A DNA stretch of 64,000 nt from Raillietiella orientalis (GCA_036172245.1 JAYWIR010000054.1:744001-808000), one strand, 5' to 3'; shown: positions 1 to 12,380, counted from the first letter of the stretch. Translations and numbers: made by a program. The notes: a model not told the origin generated them from the sequence alone.

Positions 1-13
1 AAACCGAACCAAG

Positions 14-1107
14 GAAAAAATTTAGTTTGGGGAAGGGAAAGCATCACGTTTCATGAGGGGTGGGGCCTCTGCATCCGTTGAAGGATGCCGGTGAGCCCCT
101 CCTTCTCCCTTTCCAGGTGGGGGCATCCCAAAGCTACTCGCAGGAAGCAGATGGCGTGCAGGACACCCTCCCCCCGTCGCTTCGGCCTCCCTCGGCGTCG
201 CACTTTGCCGCGACGACACGGCTCACGCAGCACAGCGCTGCGATTGCGGCTGCAGGTGTCATGGCGTCCCGCACGAATAGGGGTCTCGAAGAGTCTCTGG
301 GATGGTCCGCGGGGTGAGGAAGGGACGTCAACATTCCCGCAAGACTCGGAGAGCGATGCACTGCCGGCGCGCATTGCACGGAAGACCCAGTGGAGTATCA
401 TCAGCGCCGATTGGTGCCACTTGAGGGGAGGCAGCTTTTTGTCCATAAACACGGGGGGCACTTCCAACTCTTTGGGCCGAATGGAGAAGAGTTCGCCCCA
501 ACGTTCCAGTCCTTTGGAGACGGGGGTTCTTGCTGTTGCCGCGTCAGCCAGCTGACGCGGCAACAGCAAGGCCGAGTCCAGCCACCGATAGTCCTTTTGC
601 GTGCGAAGATCTTGCAGGAAACCTCCCACTTCGCCGGTAGGCAGGCGCCATGTACCCTGATAGAGGAGGACACTGCTGCGGCGAAGGGGATGGCTGGTAA
701 GTAGGCCAACATGGTCAACTCACTACCCACCGTCCCCAGTGTTCTTCCACTGTTATTCCAAAACTCGCTGCAGCGGGTAACTTCCGGCGGGGCCCGGGTA
801 AGCTGGGATCACGTCCTTACTTTCTCCTGCCGCCAGGACGGAGTATTTGCAGGGCGTCAGCGAATCCACGTGTTCGCTCTCAGCAGAGCAGCGACACACC
901 AGAGAGGGAAGCCGCGGGATGGGGGTCGGCGGTGTTGACACGCAAACAGGTTGCGAGTCCTTCGCCACTGCCCTCCAGCTGAGAGAGCAAACGTGCAGGG
1001 GCGCACCAATGGGTGGTCCAGTTGTGTGCTACGAAGGCCAGTCTTTAGAAGCTCAGTTAAAATAAATGCGCTCCAAAGTCAGGGCTCCAAGTCCTCCATC
1101 GCGGCGA
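14..1107 (-). mobile_element. L1/Tx1-like LINE 3' fragment (post-RT and C-terminal zinc-binding region); direct repeat of 9735-10815
   Basis: Highly similar to 9735-10815, which is contiguous with an RT YADD motif. The minus-strand ORF RWGELFSI...KLPPLKWHQSALMILHWVF...SCGNVD resembles the L1-type C-terminal domain. Confidence 0.75.
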
Positions 1108-1559
1108 GGAGATGAATCCTGTGACTGCAGCACTCTGCTGCATCCAGTCCGTAGTGACAGCCCGCCGCCTGCTGGAGTCAGGTTCGCGACGAAGAGAGAC
1201 CATCAGTATGACAGCAGCAGTTTTCATGAAGACAGCAGCAAAGTGACCTCATCTGCCAGCAAAATTCGCCGGGAAATCGCAACCGACCAGAGCTGCTTGT
1301 AGAAATGAGGAACGTCTTTAACCAAAGACCTCTGTCCTCACCTTTGCGTCCTTTATTTATTCATTTATCGTCTCTTCCCTCCGTTCCCTACTTTTTGGAA
1401 GGCGGCTTGCATGCCGGTGGTTATCCCAGATGAACTTCCTTTTTTTCGTTTTTTGCTTTCGAGGAGTTCTTTTTCCCATCTTACTTGTAGTTCTTTAAAT
1501 GAACGACCCGGCGTCAACCGGGTGGAAACCAGTATCAAGATAGCAAAAGGGAATAGAAG

Positions 1560-3050
1560 ATGCAGACAAAATGACATTGCAACATCGCGATCAGAGAGAC
1601 GCAGTCCTTCTGTTATTCATTTTCTCTAAATTGGAACCCATGGAAGGATAATCTCTTCTGTAACTGCATTCTCGATGAAAAGCTTGCTCGAGACTTTATT
1701 GAAAATCTTGCATGCGTAGGAGCATGTCATCCGGTCCTTCGAGCCATTCACCACCTTTTAAGGAGTTCTCAAGTGTTGGGAAGCATTCTGATGGGAGGCT
1801 GCCACTTGCAGGCATGTTCAAGAGTTGGCGAAGCGTTCCAGCAATTCGAAAGCAGCATGACACATGGGGATCCTACCTCTCCAAGTTCTTTGCGAGACAG
1901 TGTTTCGATGGGGCGGAACGTTTTTCCTTCGGCTTACAGTCCGCAACCCGTTTTCCTTTTACAGATTTTCAAATCAAAGATGCTGCGTTCCGACAGCTTG
2001 GATTTCATGAGTCAGCGTTGCGTTTCCTAATCATCCTCTTCTTTTTCTTTTTCGATCTTTATGCAAGCAGCGTTCGTGCACAGCAAAAAAGTTGGATGCT
2101 CTTCTCAGCAGTAAGCCATGCCAATCGATAGAAGGTAATTTTTGTGGATGGATAGTGCCCTCTTCCCAGGGAATCCAACTGGGCTGCTAACATTCGATCC
2201 AGCAAGAATTCAGTTAGCAATTAAAAAAAGGGGGAAAAAAAAATGCAAAGCGATTATGAGGACCGACCCGTCCACTTCTAAATGGACAAGAAGAAAATCC
2301 ATCTTCCAAGGAAAATAAGAGAGGTAGATTTAGGCTCGTTTTTGTGATCCGATTCCAAGAGGAGAAATCGTTCCATTTCTCAAGCAGCAGGAACTGATAA
2401 GAGAGGGCAGAAAAGGATGGAAAAGGATTTCATCGATGGAAGAGGTTCATTAGCCTCGTTGCAAGTCATCCCGTGAGAATACAGGATGGCAGTGACTGTA
2501 TGCTTAGAGCTCAGCCTTCAGAAAATCCTCTTTTAAATGGAACCCGAGGAGACAGGAATTGGATCCAAAGCAACACGCCTGCGTGTTCCCGTTTATGAAA
2601 GGGAACCTGATCAACATTAATATTGCTCGATTCCTCTGCAGAATGGTTCCTCGATGGAGGGAAGCTGCTGAGAAATCAATCCAATTGCATAGGCATCAGA
2701 CCGAAACTTCCCCCCCCCTTTCGTGGATGCGCAATTTATTTCTCATCTTCGGTTGGAAGCAGCGCTGTGCCCTTCCGTATAAAGTCCAGGGAGCTATTCA
2801 ATTAAGAGATGATTCAGTATGCATTGCGGAGCTTCTTGACCCTCCGAAAATGCAATTTCTTGATTTCTTCGGAGATTTTCAGGACGCGTGGGGGACGCGA
2901 ATTCGCCTTCAAGTGCTGCGGCGTTTCCATCGCGCGCGCTTGGGTTTCCTGAGATGGTTGCTGAGCTGTGTCTCAGCCCATCTGAAGAGAGGAAGCACAC
3001 TTTTGGGTTCCCAGGAACAGCATCCGCTCTGACAATGCCTAGAGAACGCG
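1560..3050 (-). mobile_element. Highly decayed LINE ORF2 fragment (APE to RT start)
   Basis: Scattered minus-strand motifs FLLVHLEVDGSVLIIAL (APE-like) and GPDD (KSPGPDG-like), with many stops. Confidence 0.4.
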
Positions 3051-3214
3051 GTCATTTCCTCTCGACAGTCTGCACCTGCCATGTTCGCCGATGCAGTTAC
3101 TTCCCCGGTGTCGACGACGTGTCATTCACAGCCGCTGCACGGCCGACGGCTCTCTTTCCGGAGCCTCGCTGCAGATCGGGGTGGGGCGCCGCGAGCTCGT
3201 GGGCGGGGTTCGCG

Positions 3215-3905
3215 TTTTTCCTTCGGGCTTTTCTTTTGCTTTTTTCGGGTTTCCTTTTCTTTGGTTCGCCAAGTACCCAAGAACCATCTGCTTGGGGGCG
3301 AATGAGGCTCTTCAGCACTGTCCACGGCACTCGAGGGTGCGCGTGACTCGTCAAGTTACAGGGGATAACCCCGTAGGGACCACCTTATGAATTCAGGAAG
3401 GCTCGGGAGGAAGGAATCCGTTCCTTTTACGCTTGGTAAGGAACCTTCGCCCTAATTGCCTGTGAAGGGAATGTCGTCCTTATTCCGGAGGGATCTCCTG
3501 GAATGGATCCACTCCCGGTTTACTCCGAAGAGAACCCCGAAGGGATGCTGCCAATTTTCTCCAAAGGACACAGCCCGAAGATAGCCACGTGCTTCTTGAC
3601 GCTTCGGAGAGTACCCGCGAGGGAGGGATGGTTTCATTTTTACAACTGGAGGGAAACCCTGAAGGGCTCCTTGATTCCTGGAAGGACCCCGGAGGATCGA
3701 CTTCCAATCCCAGAGGCCAGTTAACGGGGGTTCCGGCTTCCATGGGCGCCTCACATGAATAGGCCAACCAGCGTCATCTCGTGGGTGAGGGACTCGAAAT
3801 CCACTACGCACCCCCATTTCTTGGCGTTGATCCTTCCTCTGGGTGGGATTCGAACATGCTCGGTGCCAAGCGCGGAGACCGCATCCACGAGGCCGCCTAG
3901 GCGGG
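3215..3905 (-). repeat. tRNA-headed ~0.7-kb dispersed repeat, copy A
   Basis: B-box-like GTTCGAATCCCACCC at 3841-3855, core GATGACGCTGGTTGG at 3764-3778, and an A-rich tail at ~3215-3260 on the minus strand. Confidence 0.6.
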
Positions 3906-4811
3906 CAGGGCGTTCCTGCCCTGCCGCTGGCCTCGTCCATCGTCATCTGAAAACGGATGGTCCCGTTGTGCGTTCTGCTGCCTACCCTTCCAGACAAGTC
4001 CGTCCTTCGGTCTCGTGAAAAGGATGCAAGTAGTCCTACAGTCATGGGACACCCGCTTCCTCCTCGCGCATTCTTCCTGGCCCCCGCACCAGAAAGTTGT
4101 TTCCTCGGAGCTCCTCCTGGTTTCGCTTCAGCACTGAACCCTATCATTTTCTGATCAAGCAATCATGTGGATGGCAGGTGAAAGGGCTTTCTTCTCCGTC
4201 GCCTACTTCTTGAGACTCTGGGATACCACCGGAAAGACGAAGATTTGCTCCCCGACTTAAAAGGCACAGCGCGCCTTTAGGTGCGGAGACCCCGAGGTCG
4301 AAATCAACGGAGACACCCGCTTTGATAAGTCAACGAGTAGGAAACTCATAACGAGTGGCCACGATCTCCAATGCGGTGATGCCCGAATCTCCTGATCGAA
4401 AAGCCCAGTCCTGAGGGAAAAGTCTTGTTCGGTGTTGGACCCCAAAGAGCTTCGAATGGTTTCCTGGCAACCGGAGACCATCTTCGCTTCCCCACTACGA
4501 GTTGCTTCGTTTTTCAGCACATCGGTTCCGACAGAAGCTGCTGCAAGAAGCAGAAAGGACATCGTTCTTGAAAAGGGCGCTAGGTTTTCTCCCAAAATCT
4601 GCTCACGAATTGATCCGAGGAAAGGATGAAAGCAGATGAGAAGGAATTTATCATCTTCATCTCCACCTGTCTTGATCTTAGCTCTTCCCATGATTTTGGG
4701 AGTCTGAAAATGGAGACTCCCAAATTCCGGTGCTTCAGTTTGTAATCCTCTGGGTCTACGTTACCAGCTTGGCCCATGCTTTCTCCATAAGTGTTCATTG
4801 GCGGGCGATGC

Positions 4812-5610
4812 TGCGCCGGAGGCCACATGGTTGCTTCTATTTCCGCGCGTTGCACCTCCAGGCGGGTTCGAATACTCGGAAAGAATCGACGCCGAGAGAT
4901 GGGGGTGAGCCGTGGATTCGCGTTCCACCCGCAAGATGACGCTGGTTGGTTTTTATTCGGGCGCGGCACTGGTAGCGGTTGAAACAGGATGACCACGATG
5001 AGTAGCCGGGATCGGCAGTCGACCTCCGGGTCCTTCCAGGGATCAAGAAGTGAAAGTTTCCCTCCGGTTGTGCAAGGAAACGCACCTCTCCCTCCCCTGG
5101 GGGGAAACCTTTCGTGGAGTAGGTGTGCCGCCACCTCTCCAGAGTTCAGTGAAGCGTGCCGCTCCCTCCGGGGAAGCAGCGCCCTTCTGAATTTCGGATG
5201 CGTCCTTTCGGGGTTCTCTTCAGAGGAATAAACAGGAACGGTTCCGGGGTTCCTCTGGAGAAAAAAAATGGAGCGGTCCGCTTCGGAGGGTCCTTTCGGA
5301 GAGGATGAGGCAGAGGTTACCTTCGGAGACAACCAGGGTTGAGGGTTCCCTTCGGGGATCACTCCCCAGGAGTGAGAGGAACGGGACTCCCTTCTCCAGA
5401 GTTTTCTTTTGGTTTCATAGGATGATTCCCTCCCGGGGTACTCCCTGAATTTAAGAATCACATGCACCTTCGGGTGACGTGGAACTGCGTCAAAGAGCAG
5501 CGGGGGCCGCCGCTAGGGGCGCGACGGTTCTTGAGGCATTCAGCGAACCCCAAAAAAGAGAACCCGAAAACGAAAGGCGGGAAGGAAAACAGCGAAGACA
5601 GAAAAAGTAC
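4812..5610 (+). repeat. tRNA-headed dispersed repeat, copy B
   Basis: GGGTTCGAATAC at 4864, identical core GATGACGCTGGTTGG at 4935-4949, a body homologous to copy A, and an A-rich tail at ~5550-5610. Confidence 0.6.
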
Positions 5611-6269
5611 CACAGTTAGAAAGAAAACTGCGCTATGGATGAGTCCGTGACCTGAGGGCTAGGGGCGTCCGCCTCCGGAAGAATGGAATGCAGAAATGCG
5701 ACGCGGCGTTTCCCGGGACTTCGATACTGAAGCTGGCAGGGATCCCTTCCCGTATTTGCAAATCCGCTTGGGGAGTGATTGCCTATACGGCAGGCGGTGA
5801 GACACCTCGTTAGAGAGACTAAAGAATATACGGAAAGCGGGAGGTAGGCAGCTGGCAGTCCCCAAGGAAGTTACAGGAGTTGGCTCCGCCATCGGAACCC
5901 GAACAATCCTCCAGGAGGAGAGTCGGTTTTTGCGTCTTAGGCTTTGCACGGAGGCAGTGTCCTAGTGAAGGCGGGAACGGAGACTGCGATGATCACCAGA
6001 TGGGGGCTGTCCCCTTTGGGAATGCAGCATTCAAGCCTGAGAGAAGAAAAAAAGGGAACACCGAAACTTTACCCACCAATACCGAGTCCCAGGCTGCTGG
6101 AAAGCCTCAGGGTTCTTAGGGTTCTTATGGAAGACGGAACTCATGGTGGGGAGAAAACGAGGAAACCAACGGTCATCTCTCATATTGCATGTAGGGGAAG
6201 AATCGACTCAAACGTCCTTCGAACGATGGAGCGGGTCCACTTCTTTTCCTTTTGTTTTTTTGTCATTCA

Positions 6270-6990
6270 GGATGATGAAAATCCTTTCGAGTTTTTCGGG
6301 TTTTTTGTTTTGCTTTTTCTGGTTTGCTAAGCACTCAAGAACCGTTCGCCTAGGGCTCCCGGAGCTCTTTGACGCTGTCCATGCTACCCGGGGAAGCGTG
6401 TGTAACCTTTCGGATAACAGACATCCGTAGGACCACTCTATGAATCCAAAAAGTCTCCGGATGGAGGTAGTTCCTTTTATGCTTGGTAGAAGACCCTCGC
6501 TCTGGTTGCCTGCGAAAGGAACCCCGTCCTTATTCCGGAGGGACCCCTGGAATTGATCCATCCCCAGTTTACTCCTCCGAAGAGAACCCCAAAGGGACTC
6601 TGCCAATTTACTCCGAAGGATGCAACCCGAAAGGTGCAACGCGCTTCTGGGCACTCTAGAGAGGCAACCCTCTACGAGGGGTGTCAACAAGCTCCATGGT
6701 ACCAGACGGAAGGTCTCCCTCCTTAGAAAGGACGACTCCATCTGCACGACCGAAGGGAAACCCTGAAGGGAACTCGCTCCCTGATTCCCGGAAGGACACC
6801 GGATAGTCAACTTTCGATACTTGCCAGCATCCAGCATCCACCACTACCGCACCCGAGGACTACAGCCTAATCAGTGTCATCCTGAGAAAGGGAAGGGGGA
6901 ATCTCGAAACCCAGGACGCATCCATTTCTTTGGCTTCGATCCTCCACACCCTCTGCACCCCATGCGGCAACCCCAGGGACGCAAGGAAAC
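6270..6990 (-). repeat. Same dispersed repeat family, copy C
   Basis: Body clearly homologous to copy A (e.g. gtccttattccggagggac and gaagagaacccc), with an A-rich tail on the minus strand. Confidence 0.6.
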
Positions 6991-7439
6991 CCCTCTTCGC
7001 GCACGATCCAGAAGCATCCCCAGCAGTTTTCTGCTTCCGAAGAGGAACTTCGAGGCTTCTTGATGCTCCGAAAAGATCCTGGAGGGCCGACTTCCAAACC
7101 CGGCCAGTCAGCGAAGGCATCCGATTTCCGGCTTTCACCAGCGCCCTTCTTCCCGTTCAAGGCCCGCTGACACCATTGGACACGAGGGGAGGAGGCGGAC
7201 CAAAACTGTGCAGAATGCGGGGAGCGCAAATCCCTCCCGCACTTCCTAGTAGATTGTGCTGCCCTCTGGCCTCTTTGTAGACGCTTTTCCTTGACCCTTG
7301 GAACCCGCCGGCGGAAACGCCAGAGACGTTCTGAAGCGTCTTTTCCAGAGTGACGCCATCACGCAGCACTCCCAGCAGCACTTTGCTGCTCACGGGGCGG
7401 GATCGTGTGCACATGGAGCAATGCCAGAGGCCAGAACGA

Positions 7440-7635
7440 TAGAAGCGCCATCTACTGTGCTCTGCTCTTCATGAGGATAGAGTCAAGATGACTCCATCTG
7501 GGAGTCTTGAAACAGGAACTTGCAGGCATCCTTACAAGGATGCAGAGGACACCCTCCAGCACTCGGTGATTCCTTCCCAAACCACTCCATTTTTTGACTA
7601 CATGTTTTTTGTTTCATTTATTTTTTGTGTTTGTC
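7440..7635 (+). mobile_element. LINE 3'-end fragment homologous to the ends at 14-115 and 9741-9835, in opposite orientation
   Basis: ggcatccttacaaggatgcagagg...ccttcccaaac followed by a T-rich tract. Confidence 0.55.
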
Positions 7636-7754
7636 TCCCCTTCCCTTGTGCTGCCGAGGCGAACCTCGATGACCCGCGTGGCAGTTCTCGGCTGGTTCCT
7701 CCTCGTAGTTACAAGTAACGTGGCGGGATCAAACGTCCTGCCACAGACGTGTAT

Positions 7755-7965
7755 GTTTATGTTTATAAATAAACGCTCCGGCGTGACCAGGTCTTAACCA
7801 GCGCCTCACCCGAGAAGCCTGTAGGTTAATCAGCGTCGCCTTACGGGGGAAGGGGACTCGAAACCCACGACGCGCTCTTTTCTGGACGCCGACACTTCTC
7901 CGGTGGGATCTGAACCCGCAACGCTTGGCCACTCACGGAGACCTCAGGAAAACAGCCACCAACGA
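7755..7965 (-). repeat. Short SINE-like copy (head only) of the same family, copy D
   Basis: Minus strand GGGTTCAGATCCCACC (7902-7917), then CGTGGGTTTCGAGTCCCC...GACGCTGATT, ending in TTTATTTATAAACATAAACATAC. Confidence 0.55.
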
Positions 7966-7999
7966 GAGTCTACTTCTTCAGCTGCATTTGAGAGTGGTT

Positions 8000-9475
8000 T
8001 TGATCTTTTACTGTAGACTGCTGGAGTTCCATCGTGCTGAGAGGGCTCGCAGTCATCCATCCTCTGCCCCAACTTCCTGTCTTCGACATCCATCATCCAT
8101 TGCTGACGTGGATGGTGTTGTGGGATGATGGTCTTGAGAAGGGAACACGAATATCGTAGGAATATCATCTCCTCTGGGTGTCGCGTTGCTTATGAAACTT
8201 CATCTCCAGATGAATTTCTTCACAGGAGCTATAAGCTCAAGAAATGGATGAGGAAAGGGGCTGGAGTCACAAGACGTTGTCCATCCAGAGGGCTTGGACT
8301 GCCGTTTGATTTCAAAACACATCATGGAATTGCTGGCTGGATCTGTTCAATAGCGAGTAGAGTGAGGGTGGATGCAGCAAGCAGGGCCGGGGAGGTCTGG
8401 CTCGCAGCTCACAGAGACCTGTTACCGGATCGAGCATCACTTTTAAATTCGTATGCTGAGATTGCCAACTAAAGTTGCAACTGAAGCTGCTGACGACCTC
8501 CAGTTCAGTCTCCATGATTACAAGGGAGCGATCCCGAGCAACGAAGCGAAAGTGCTAAGGGTTCTTCTGAATGCTCAGGGGGGCACCCGGAATTCTTGGG
8601 CGCACGCCAATCGCTCCTGGAGGCCAGCGAACCGAATGGACAGGAAGACGCCAGCTGAGAAAGCACTTGGAAAGTCGTTGTCGGAGAAGCGATCACGGAA
8701 AGTCTCTTTCTCCTTCGATGGCCCTTCAGGTCATCCTCCAGCAGCGGGAGAAAGAAATGACAAGTTTCGCTGGAAACCAGCATGAGCCTCTGCTGGAAAA
8801 ATCGACAACGCCCGAGCGCCAAGTCGAGATGGCCTGAGATTGATGCTCGAAGAGCTGGGGGTTTCGTTCTTCGTGTGGGTTCATTCTGACTAGCGGTTCC
8901 GTGACCAAGTGCTGCGTTTCAAAGGAACCCACAACTCGTCCGTCCATTCGCGACCAAAGGGACGCACACAGACCCGCTCGCCATCCGCTTCGGCTGTCTT
9001 GGAATACCCTTCGAAGAGCTCGTGGCTAATCCTCTGTGTGTGGACACTTTCGTGTTCCCGCTCCGGCGTAAACAGGACGTTCTTCTGTTTAACAGCGCAG
9101 GCACCTGTTTTACGAGGGAGTTCTTTCTCCTCGAACTGCTCCAGGCGTGGGGCGATGGAATCCCTTCCACACCTCCTGTTGGACTGGAGAACCCTGGAGG
9201 ACTTGTGGCGGAGACTCGCTCCAACAACCGCAGGACACCGCTTTGGACTCGCTGCGACTCTTCTTCACCGAAAACGGACTGAAGAAGAATGCTGTGATTT
9301 CACACCGGAATGCGCCGGGGCGTTTGTTACTCTTACGGTTTTATCGATGGAGTCAAAAGGCCTACCGATTCCAATTATTACACTGAAAAAAAGAAAGGGA
9401 GAGGCCGGCGAGGTTCATCACGTCCTCAAAGGGAAAGAGGAGTGAAAAAAAAAAAAATAGAAAAAAAGGAAACAA
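8000..9475 (+). mobile_element. Decayed L1/Tx1-like LINE ORF2 3' half with an A-rich end
   Basis: SYAEI (YADD-like) at ~8450, EFLG at ~8590, and SNCSRRGAMESLPHLLLDWRTLEDLW (C-terminal CCHC-like) at 9130-9210. A-run at 9445-9470. Confidence 0.65.
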
Positions 9476-9479
9476 ACAA

Positions 9480-9735
9480 TAACTATAGCTTCCTGCGGAT
9501 AGCTTTGAGGTGGCCCAACCTGGAAGAACGCTGTGATCTCACACCCGGGTATGCAGGGGCGCTACAGGAAATCCATGGAGCCGATGGCCCACCAATTCCA
9601 ATTGTTACACTAGAAAGAAGGAAGGGCCGGAGTGGTCCATCATGTTCACGAAGGGGAAGAGGGATGAAACAAAAATATAAAATGAAAACAAACTACAACA
9701 AACAGCAAAACAAAAACAAACAAAGAAAGAAAAAA
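9480..9735 (+). mobile_element. Second LINE 3' end, a tandem diverged copy of 9283-9470
   Basis: The pattern gaagaa.gctgtgat.tcacacc...attccaatt.ttacact.gaaa...ggaagagg is repeated, followed by an A-rich tract. Confidence 0.6.
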
Positions 9736-11300
9736 AAAAATTAGTTGGGGGGACAGAAAGGGATTACATTTCGTGAAGGGTGGGGCCTATGCATCCGTTG
9801 AAGGATGCCGGTGAGCCCCTCCTTCTCCCTTTCCAGGTGGGGCCATCCCAAAGCTACTCGCAGGAAGCAGATGGCGTGCAGGACACCCTCCCCCCGTCGC
9901 TTCGGCCTCCCTCGGCGTCGCACTTTGCCGCGACGACACGGCTCACGCAGCACAGCGCTGCGATTGCGGCTGCAGCCGTCATGGCGTCTTGCACGAATAG
10001 GGGTCTCGAAGAGTCTCTGGGATGGTCCGCGGGGTGAGGAAGGGACGTCAACATTCCCGCAAGACTCGGAGAGCGATGCACTGCCGGCGCGCATTGCACG
10101 GAAGATCCAGTGGAGTATCATCAGCGCCGATTGCTGCCACTTGAGGGGAGGCAGCTTTTTGTCCATAAACACGGGGGGCACTTCCAACTCTTTGGGCCGA
10201 ATGGAGAAGAGTTCGCCCCAACGTTCCAGTCCTTTGGAGACGGGGGTTCTTGCTGTTGCCGCGTCAGCTGGCTGACGCGGAGTCCAGCCACCGATAGTCC
10301 TTTTGCGTGCGAAGATCTTGCAGGAAACCTCCCACTTCGCCGGTAGGCAGGCGCCATGTACCCTGACAGAGGAGGACACTGCTGCGGCGAAGGGGATGGC
10401 TGGTAAGTAGGCCAACATGGTCAACTCACTACATATCGTCCCCAGTGTTCTTCCACTGTTATTCCAAAACTCGCTGCAGCGGGTAACTTCCGGCGGGGCC
10501 CGGGTAAGCTGGGATCACGTCCTTACTTTCTCCTGCCGCCAGGACGGAGTATTTGCAGGGCGTCAGCGAATCCACGTGTTCGCTCTCAGCAGAGCAGCGA
10601 CACACCAGAGAGGGAAGCCGCGGGATGGGGGTCGGCAGTGTTGACACGCAAACAGATTGCGAGTCCTTCGCCACTGCCCTCCAGCTGAGAGAGCAAACGT
10701 GCAGGGGCACACCAATGGGTGGTCCAGTTGTGTGCTACGAAGGCCAGTCTTTAGAAGCTCAGTTAAAATTCCATGCGCTCCAAAGTCATGGGTCCAAGTC
10801 CTCCATCGCGACGAGGAGCACACAAGTCTTTTAATCTACTCGGGACCTTCCATTGCCCAGTGGACTTTTCGAAGAAAACCCTTCGTCCGTTTCACCACAC
10901 TGGAGGAAGCGGAGCAAACAAAAAGCAGAGGTCGGAAAACGAGGGCCACAAAAGTGTTCGAAATGACGGTCCTCACCAGCAACTGGAAGTTGCCTCCTTG
11001 GAATGGGCAGAGCACCGACTCTGCCTTCTAGAGGCAGTCGGACCACGCTTTCGTAGGGGAAATGCCCCCATCGGCACTCCTAGGTATCTGAAGTACGGAG
11101 CCGTGGGGATCCGCAAACAGATCCAGTCGGACTGCCTAGCCCACGTCAGGCCGACTGGGCACACGCTTGACTTTGCTCCATTCACCTCCATGCCCACTAC
11201 CCTGCTTAACAGCTTGAAGAACTCCTCAAGTGCATTTGCAGGAGAAGACAGCAGGAGCAGCAGCAAGAGGTCATCTGCATAGGCTGAAACTGCCGGCATA
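9735..11300 (-). mobile_element. L1/Tx1-like LINE ORF2 3' half (RT thumb plus C-terminus), degenerate
   Basis: ORF 10973-11299 contains AVSAYADDLLL, GMEVNGAKS and FRYLGVP, which are non-LTR RT motifs. Downstream sequence is frameshifted. Confidence 0.85.
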
Positions 11301-11597
11301 CTTCTTCCGCTGTAATCGGAATGAGATATTGCATCCGCGCCGTATTGCTGGAGTCAGAAAGGCTGAGGAAGGGCGGAGAAGAAAGGCCACCAGCATGGCA
11401 GCAGCAGCCTTCATGAAGACAGCAGGAAAGTGGCCTTATCTGCCAGAAGTCTGCAAGGAGATCGCCAGAATTCAGAGCCGCTTTTAGAAGGAAAGGAACG
11501 TCTTATACCAAAGACCCCTGTTCCCACCTTCCCGTCCTTTATTTATTCATTTATTGTCTCTTCCCTCCGTTCTTTACTTTCTAGAAGAAGGCCTGCG

Positions 11598-12380
11598 TGC
11601 CGGTGGTTATCTAGATGAATTCTCTTTTTTTTATAAATTTCTCTTTTTTTGAGGGCATACCTTTCCCCTCTAACTGGTAGTTCATTTTTTTGGTTTTGCA
11701 TAAACGTCCCGGTGTAACCGGGTTCGAACCTCGGCTGCGCACTTGTCCAGAGATGCTGGCAAAGCGTGGGTGCATACAGACGATTCCGCACCGGGTCTTC
11801 AAGCGGAAGACGAAAAGCGCATTCAACAGGACAAGAACAGTGACAGGTGCGTGGCAAGTCTTCCCTACAGGGCAAAACAGGACCTCGTTTTCCCGTTCAA
11901 GAGACTGGGGAGGTTTCCTTGCCTTGTGATATCTACAGGGCAAAACAGTTAGTGAGCACCTTCCTCCAGAAATCAGCGAAGTTATCTCGTGGGGGATGTT
12001 CAAAGAGGTGAGCAGCAGGCTCCATTGTGACAAGGTGGCCTGCTCACTGAGCACAGCTTGAGGCAAAGGCCCGGTGTTCTATGAGAAGGCACCCCCGTCG
12101 AACTGCGGTCCTTTTTGCCAGCGTTTAATATTTTCCTTGTTGGCCCAAACCAGGACGTCCTTACGGGGTGAAGTGAAAAAAACTGATGACTCAGAGAAAC
12201 CCACTGAACGAGGGAGGTTCCGTCTCGAGTCAGGACAGCTCTTTGAGATCCCACGACCTCATGCTGTCAGGCTGCAGAGCGGCAAGCAATTCCGGAAGAG
12301 TTGGCGAGACGCGAGCACCTCTAAACATTTATTTCTACCATGATGCTGAAGAAATACGTAGAACGATGTAGAAGAGCTTG
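11598..12380 (-). mobile_element. LINE-like 3' fragment; terminal module also at 1412-1530 and 13355-13470
   Basis: Minus-strand ORF remnant 11611-12066. TGCCGGTGGTTATC(N)YAGRTGAA is shared by three loci. Confidence 0.5.

Noticed and set aside
3835..3905. Functional tRNA genes at B-box-like motifs (also 4864, 7902, 11720, 37068)
   Set aside because: I could not build complete cloverleafs by eye, and most of these motifs lie within repeats.
4580..5467. 295-aa minus-strand ORF
   Set aside because: It is antisense to a dispersed repeat copy, has Arg/Pro/Ser-rich random-like composition, and is not conserved as an ORF in other copies.
14..10815. Direct repeats read as the LTRs of a ~10.8-kb LTR retrotransposon
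   Set aside because: There are no TG...CA ends, primer-binding site or gag-pol interior. The repeat is continuous with non-LTR RT motifs, and the left end may be cut by the window edge.
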